From positions 82,033,949 through 82,097,862 of the forward strand of contig NC_068984.1 in assembly GCF_001194135.2 (NCBI RefSeq): a DNA stretch of 63,914 bases, in the 5' to 3' direction. The translations under genes were made by a program, and so were the position numbers. The stretch is from Octopus bimaculoides. Taxonomy: Eukaryota. Of the stretch, positions 62,101-63,914 are shown piece by piece (position 1 is the stretch's first letter; every line of letters starts with the position of its first letter). The notes beneath the pieces are model-generated. The model ran no database searches. It had not been told where the DNA came from and was given only the letters and a program-made list of their open reading frames with translations.

Positions 62101-63252
62101 TTACATTGACACACAAGGCCTTAAATTTGGTGTAAAATGGGTAGTCATTCATACTGACTCTAGTATTTGAATGTTACTTTATTTTATTGACTCAAGAGAA
62201 GTGAAAGGCAAAGTTGACTTTTGTAAAATTTGAACTTAGAAGAAACATCACAGGACAATCCATTATCCTTATAATAACTATTTTTAAAATAGGTACAAAG
62301 CCACAAATATTGGGGAGGAGGATGATATTGTCAATTTACCCATGGGCCACTGTCTGTGATTTAGGCTGATGTCCTCAAGAAGTTCTAGGAGTCAGCTGCA
62401 GCATCTGGAGTTAGGGATAAATCCAAATTCTGAGGGTTGAATAAGGTTATGTGAGTTACAGATTTTTCAAAGTATCTCTTTCTCTCTCACATAGAAGACC
62501 ATAAATTTGGTGAGGCAGTTAGTGAAACCCTTTTACAAGCGCTCTCCAGGATCAAATTAGCTTATATATATATATATATATATATAACATTATTGTACAT
62601 ACATATCACAGTCGAGATTTTATTTTATTTCACCAGGCACATAAATGTAAGTTTCTTAGCTTTGAGCGAGATCGTTGCCAGTGCCCCTGGACTGGCTCTT
62701 GTGTGGGTGGCACATAAAATACACCATTTTGAGCGTGGCCGTTGCCAGTACCGCCTGACTGGCCTTCGTGCCGGTGGCACNNNNNNNNNNGTAGAAACTC
62801 TGCCAAATCAGATTGGAGCCTGGTGCAGCCATCTGGTTTCACCAGTCCTCAGTCAAATCGTCCAACCCATGCTAGCATGGAAAGCGGACGTTAAACGTTG
62901 ATGATGATGATGATGATTGACCCCTATTTTATTGATATTGGAAGGAGGAAATATAAAGTCAGCCATTGAAGGATTTGAAGTCAGGCATAAGTAAATACTG
63001 TGAAATATTTTGACCACCATTCTACTAGTGGTGGAGGTGATATTGGTGGTGACAGCAATGGTGGCACAAGTAATTGTGGTGGTCTGTTTATGACAGAAGG
63101 TGATGATGTTTATGATAAACAGTTATTTGTTTTGCTTCTGTAGGTGACGTAAAGCAACAAGAACCAAGTGAGACGGAGCAGACATTGCCTGTAGAAAAAG
63201 AATCTCAATCTCTAGTGGAAGAGGTACCTGTGTTACAACATTCATTTTCAAG
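11599..63252 (+). CDS. NEK1: NIMA-related Ser/Thr kinase, NEK1-like; multi-exon gene with 29 coding exons in the window, continuing beyond the right edge
   Basis: The spliced translation has GQGSFG, YVIKE (catalytic Lys), alphaC Glu (ARKEV), [23 protein letters not shown] and [11 protein letters not shown]. The tail carries NEK1-like motifs ([54 protein letters not shown]). All 28 introns are GT-AG with matching phases. NEK1 versus a NEK3/5-type paralogue is judged from recalled motifs only. Confidence 0.9.
18490..18525 (+). CDS. NEK1: NEK1 exon 2 ([12 protein letters not shown])
   Basis: ttttgtag acceptor; 36 nt; GTAAGT donor; phase 0-0; alphaC helix. Confidence 0.93.
18640..19897 (-). mobile_element. 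tRNA-derived SINE (family C) spanning a gap, with an internal (TA)n; related copies at about 13420-13520, 18055-18210, 30425-30560, 47358-47520, 48885-49260, 55885-56230
   Basis: Halves on either side of the gap are contiguous parts of the same repeat (cggttt ctttcagtttccgtct.ccaaatccact... and ...gtttcagtcatttgactgtggccatgctggagcacc). Confidence 0.7.
21964..22024 (+). CDS. NEK1: NEK1 exon 3 ([20 protein letters not shown])
   Basis: Long pyrimidine tract then aag; 61 nt; GTAATT donor; phase 0-1. Confidence 0.95.
24011..24621 (-). mobile_element. SINE-like family A copy ((GAT)n tail, internal tandem subrepeats)
   Basis: Shares ...gcatccagctgtagaaactctgcca..tcagattggagcctgg...gctagcatggaaag.ggacgttaaacgatgatg with five other copies in the window. 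Confidence 0.85.
24851..24899 (-). ncRNA. Degenerate minimal type I hammerhead motif
   Basis: GUCU-CCGAUGA-A-GGGAUAU auaaa AUAUCCC-C-GAAA-C aucu G-UA-AGAC; core C-U>C-GAUGA variant. Confidence 0.55.
25340..25614. mobile_element. Fully palindromic fold-back element (MITE-like), ~275 bp
   Basis: aagcaatgcacctagagctcaatgcttgtgcatc pairs with gatgcacaagcactcagctctgggtgcattgctt (31/34); pairing continues inward and outward with decay. Confidence 0.75.
25764..25805 (+). CDS. NEK1: NEK1 exon 4 ([14 protein letters not shown])
   Basis: ttctag acceptor; 42 nt; GTAAGT donor; phase 1-1; gatekeeper/hinge. Confidence 0.95.
26031..26530 (+). mobile_element. SINE-like family A copy
   Basis: About 6 tandem ~60-bp subunits followed by the family A 3' region and (GAT)n tail. 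Confidence 0.85.
26883..26938 (+). CDS. NEK1: NEK1 exon 5 ([19 protein letters not shown])
   Basis: tttag acceptor; 56 nt; GTAAGT donor; phase 1-0. Confidence 0.95.
28224..28307 (+). CDS. NEK1: NEK1 exon 6 ([28 protein letters not shown])
   Basis: 84 nt; phase 0-0; HRD catalytic loop. Confidence 0.97.
28926..28970 (-). ncRNA. Minimal type I hammerhead ribozyme candidate
   Basis: UCUGUG-CUGAUGA-AGG gaaauaa CCU-G-GAAA-UCGCGA-UA-CACAGA: 6-bp stem I, intact core boxes, palindromic stem III. Confidence 0.7.
29190..29620 (-). mobile_element. R4/Dong-type non-LTR retrotransposon 3' end (restriction-like endonuclease domain) with (TAA)n tail
   Basis: Minus strand [12 protein letters not shown] / [32 protein letters not shown] (one frameshift), then a 3' UTR and a (TAA)n run at about 29190-29241. 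Confidence 0.8.
29748..29815 (+). CDS. NEK1: NEK1 exon 7 ([22 protein letters not shown])
   Basis: 68 nt; phase 0-2; DFG motif. Confidence 0.97.
30090..30300 (-). mobile_element. SINE-like family B copy; other copies at about 9100-9290, 17820-18000, 34435-34640 (-) and 31620-31860, 47870-48110, 51690-51910, 52850-52960 (+)
   Basis: Recurring gaggcagattttct...tgtttccaag...ttccccat...acatgttt...tttacaactatca...gtcaag; shares its 3' tail region with family A. Confidence 0.75.
30872..31188. repeat. Near-perfect inverted repeat: 144-bp arms, 29-bp spacer, 1 mismatch
   Basis: Arm 30872-31015 equals the reverse complement of 31045-31188 except C30929 opposite A31131. Confidence 0.95.
32066..32255 (+). 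mobile_element. SINE-like family A-related copy (3' part)
   Basis: cacccagcacact...catccagccatagaaac...cccatgccagcatgga...gatgatg. Confidence 0.75.
33215..33301 (+). CDS. NEK1: NEK1 exon 8 ([29 protein letters not shown])
   Basis: 87 nt; phase 2-2; activation loop and SPE. Confidence 0.97.
35210..35720 (-). mobile_element. SINE-like family A copy
   Basis: (CAT)n then tttaacgtccgttttccatgctggcatgg... plus tandem subrepeats. Confidence 0.85.
36103..36157 (+). CDS. NEK1: NEK1 exon 9 ([19 protein letters not shown])
   Basis: 55 nt; phase 2-0; GTAAGC donor. Confidence 0.97.
36841..36884 (+). CDS. NEK1: NEK1 exon 10 ([14 protein letters not shown])
   Basis: 44 nt; phase 0-2; GTAAGA donor. Confidence 0.95.
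38268..38589 (+). mobile_element. SINE-like family A copy (5' end in assembly gap)
   Basis: Near-identical to the 26270-26530 segment. Confidence 0.85.
38727..38807 (+). CDS. NEK1: NEK1 exon 11 ([27 protein letters not shown])
   Basis: 81 nt; phase 2-2; GTAAGT donor. Confidence 0.95.
39024..39099 (+). CDS. NEK1: NEK1 exon 12 ([26 protein letters not shown])
   Basis: 76 nt; phase 2-0; end of the kinase domain at CDS nt 807. Confidence 0.95.
39660..39744 (+). CDS. NEK1: NEK1 exon 13 ([28 protein letters not shown])
   Basis: 85 nt; phase 0-1; GTAAGA donor. Confidence 0.88.
40625..40703 (+). CDS. NEK1: NEK1 exon 14 ([26 protein letters not shown])
   Basis: ttttattctcag acceptor; 79 nt; AG|GTGAAT donor; phase 1-2, exactly what is needed to join exons 13 and 15; YDPAxxYG motif. 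Confidence 0.88.
40705..41030. repeat. (GAT/AAT)n low-complexity tract
   Basis: Degenerate trinucleotide repeats directly after exon 14. Many other (TA)n, (CA)n, (GA)n, (CAT)n and (ATT)n microsatellites occur throughout the window. Confidence 0.9.
42132..42168 (+). CDS. NEK1: NEK1 exon 15 ([13 protein letters not shown])
   Basis: Poly-T tract then AAG-CAG tandem acceptor (42129 or 42132); GTAAGT donor; phase 2-0. Confidence 0.88.
42785..43440 (+). mobile_element. Three head-to-tail copies of a tRNA-derived SINE (family D) separated by (ATT)n
   Basis: Each ~210-bp unit starts aagtggcaagctgg.aga (A-box-like), contains ctgagttcaaattc (B-box-like) and ataagtaccagt...ctgggg.tgatgtaattgac, and ends in (ATT)n. 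Confidence 0.85.
44024..44533. repeat. Minisatellite, ~27-bp unit (ttcctggaaagttccgaggatggtact), about 20 copies
   Basis: Directly visible periodic gaaagttccga core. Confidence 0.95.
44534..44724 (-). mobile_element. R4/Dong-type LINE reverse transcriptase fragment
   Basis: [54 protein letters not shown] resembles the QGDxLSP RT motif of RLE-clade LINEs; flanked by (ATT)n/(AGT)n. Confidence 0.75.
45021..45065 (+). CDS. NEK1: NEK1 exon 16 ([15 protein letters not shown])
   Basis: 45 nt; phase 0-0; CAG|GTATGG donor. Confidence 0.85.
45666..45780 (+). CDS. NEK1: NEK1 exon 17 ([38 protein letters not shown])
   Basis: 115 nt; phase 0-1; motif resembles NEK1 GQYEHYHAIFDQM. Confidence 0.9.
47042..47108 (+). 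CDS. NEK1: NEK1 exon 18 ([22 protein letters not shown])
   Basis: 67 nt; phase 1-2; strong acceptor; GTCAGC donor. Confidence 0.82.
48612..48705 (+). CDS. NEK1: NEK1 exon 19 ([32 protein letters not shown])
   Basis: 94 nt; phase 2-0; NEK1-type EFxQRK..A..NK coiled-coil motif. Confidence 0.9.
50473..50506 (+). CDS. NEK1: NEK1 exon 20 ([11 protein letters not shown])
   Basis: 34 nt; phase 0-1; GTAAGT donor. Confidence 0.85.
51299..51363 (+). CDS. NEK1: NEK1 exon 21 ([22 protein letters not shown])
   Basis: 65 nt; phase 1-0. Confidence 0.87.
52082..52150 (+). CDS. NEK1: NEK1 exon 22 ([23 protein letters not shown])
   Basis: 69 nt; phase 0-0; resembles NEK1 EYLARLRQIRLQNFNERQQI; weak GTATAT donor. 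Confidence 0.88.
53926..53951 (+). CDS. NEK1: NEK1 exon 23 (QKSNLKLK)
   Basis: 26 nt; phase 0-2; GTAAGT donor. Confidence 0.8.
54709..54792 (+). CDS. NEK1: NEK1 exon 24 ([28 protein letters not shown])
   Basis: 84 nt; phase 2-2; GTACGT donor. Confidence 0.85.
56286..56322 (+). CDS. NEK1: NEK1 exon 25 ([13 protein letters not shown])
   Basis: 37 nt; phase 2-0; AAG|GTAAGT donor. Confidence 0.85.
57830..57923 (+). CDS. NEK1: NEK1 exon 26 ([31 protein letters not shown])
   Basis: 94 nt; phase 0-1. Confidence 0.87.
58215..58520 (+). mobile_element. RTE-clade LINE RT C-terminal fragment (old)
   Basis: Degenerate HLKFLG ... [30 protein letters not shown], matching the RTE pattern YGCE.W...L.AFE.W..RR.L.I. 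Confidence 0.7.
59252..59362 (+). CDS. NEK1: NEK1 exon 27 ([37 protein letters not shown])
   Basis: 111 nt; phase 1-1 using the GTAGGT donor at 59363, chosen to match the phase of the next exon. Confidence 0.85.
60010..60444 (-). mobile_element. Mos1-like mariner 5' fragment
   Basis: Minus strand from ATG at 60271: [50 protein letters not shown]. One terminus TA|TTGGGTCATCCCATAAATAATGCG; no second TIR seen. Confidence 0.85.
60765..61118 (+). CDS. NEK1: NEK1 exon 28 ([17 protein letters not shown]...[10 protein letters not shown]), low-complexity disordered region
   Basis: 354 nt open frame (within track ORF 60743..61141); tttcag acceptor; AAG|GTAATA donor; phase 1-1. Confidence 0.88.
61795..62240 (-). 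mobile_element. Degraded tandem copies of SINE family D
   Basis: At least three repeats of taatg.taat..taatt...gattgaattgactc...tattttat.gaccc...gaaaggtaaaga. Confidence 0.6.
62655..62915 (+). mobile_element. SINE-like family A copy (contains a 10-N gap)
   Basis: Near-identical to the 38268-38589 copy. Confidence 0.85.
63144..63252 (+). CDS. NEK1: NEK1 exon 29 ([27 protein letters not shown][VPVLQHSFS])
   Basis: ttctgtag acceptor, phase 1. Donor ambiguous: GTACCT at 63224 or GTTTGT at 63253. The next exon is outside the window. Confidence 0.78.
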
Positions 63253-63309
63253 GTTTGTAACTAGTTATTGTTATCATTATAAATTTTTCAGTGTCATCTT
63301 TAATACCAT

Positions 63310-63914
63310 TATCATTGTCAACCTAGCTAAAACCAAAGTCCTAATAAGTAGGAAGGTAGACAAAACACAAACCCCTTCAGGTAGATGGCCCTGCTCAATC
63401 TGTAGAAAAGGCGTAGGTAGAAACTCTATAAGATGTACCTAGTGTAAGCTATGGACACATAAGAGGTGCAGCAATATCAAAGGAAGGCTAACTAGGAAGT
63501 TAGTTTTTGTATGTGGCAGACGTTCAGGAGCAATAAATACTAAAAATGTGCAGAAAACATTCCAGGGAGAAAAACTAGAAGTTGTTGATAGCTTCAGTTA
63601 TCTAGGCGACCAAGTTAGTAGTGGGGGAGGGTGCACTGAAAGTGTAGCTGCTAGAATAAGAATAGCCTGGGCAAAGTTCAGAGAGCTCTTATCTCTGCTG
63701 GTGACAAAGGGCCTCTCGCTCAGAGTAAAAGGTAGACTGTATGACACGTGTGTGAACAGCCATGCTACATGGCAGTGAAACATGGGCCGTGACTGCTGAG
63801 GACATGCATAAGCTTGCAAGGAATGAAGCCAGTATGCTCCGATGGATGTGTAATGTCAGTGTACATACTCAATAGAGTGTAAGTACCTTGAGAGAAAAGT
63901 TGGACCTAAGAAGC
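63310..63914 (+). mobile_element. RTE-clade LINE RT C-terminal region with a Cys/His-finger insertion; runs off the window
   Basis: VNLAKTKVL, WPCSICRKGVGRNSIRCT*CKLWTHKRCS, LEVVDSFSYLGDQV, ARIRIAWAKFRELL, LSLRVKGRLYDTCV, MLRWMCNVS; stops and frameshifts present. Confidence 0.88.

Larger units (their letters stand above)
2459..62790. other. Assembly gaps at 2459-2731, 4430-4870, 18919-19774, 24622-24631, 32017-32026, 37731-38267 and 62781-62790
   Basis: Runs of N, mostly next to microsatellites or SINE-internal tandem repeats. Confidence 0.99.

Overview
AT-rich, microsatellite-dense, gap-containing eukaryotic scaffold. The repeat families look cephalopod (Octopus-like); this is inferred from pattern recognition, not a search. 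Most of the window (11599 to past the right edge) is one + strand NIMA-related kinase gene, best called NEK1. I traced 29 coding exons by hand. They have GT-AG boundaries, consistent phases, about 770 codons and all catalytic motifs intact, and the gene is incomplete at the 3' end. The first 10 kb and the introns hold decayed mobile elements: Penelope-like RT/GIY-YIG, two mariner remnants, R4/Dong-type and RTE-type LINE fragments, several SINE families and fold-back elements. The most interesting non-coding signals are: (i) three unrelated minimal hammerhead-ribozyme-like motifs with palindromic stem III, the best one inside a 350-bp partial-tandem, retrozyme/pLTR-like unit antisense to NEK1; (ii) a 144-bp near-perfect intronic hairpin whose only mismatch is A:C; (iii) inverted SINE pairs bracketing frame-preserving kinase exons; (iv) a duplicated exon/5' splice-site junction. 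Almost all long ORFs in the supplied track are artefacts of N-gaps or microsatellites.
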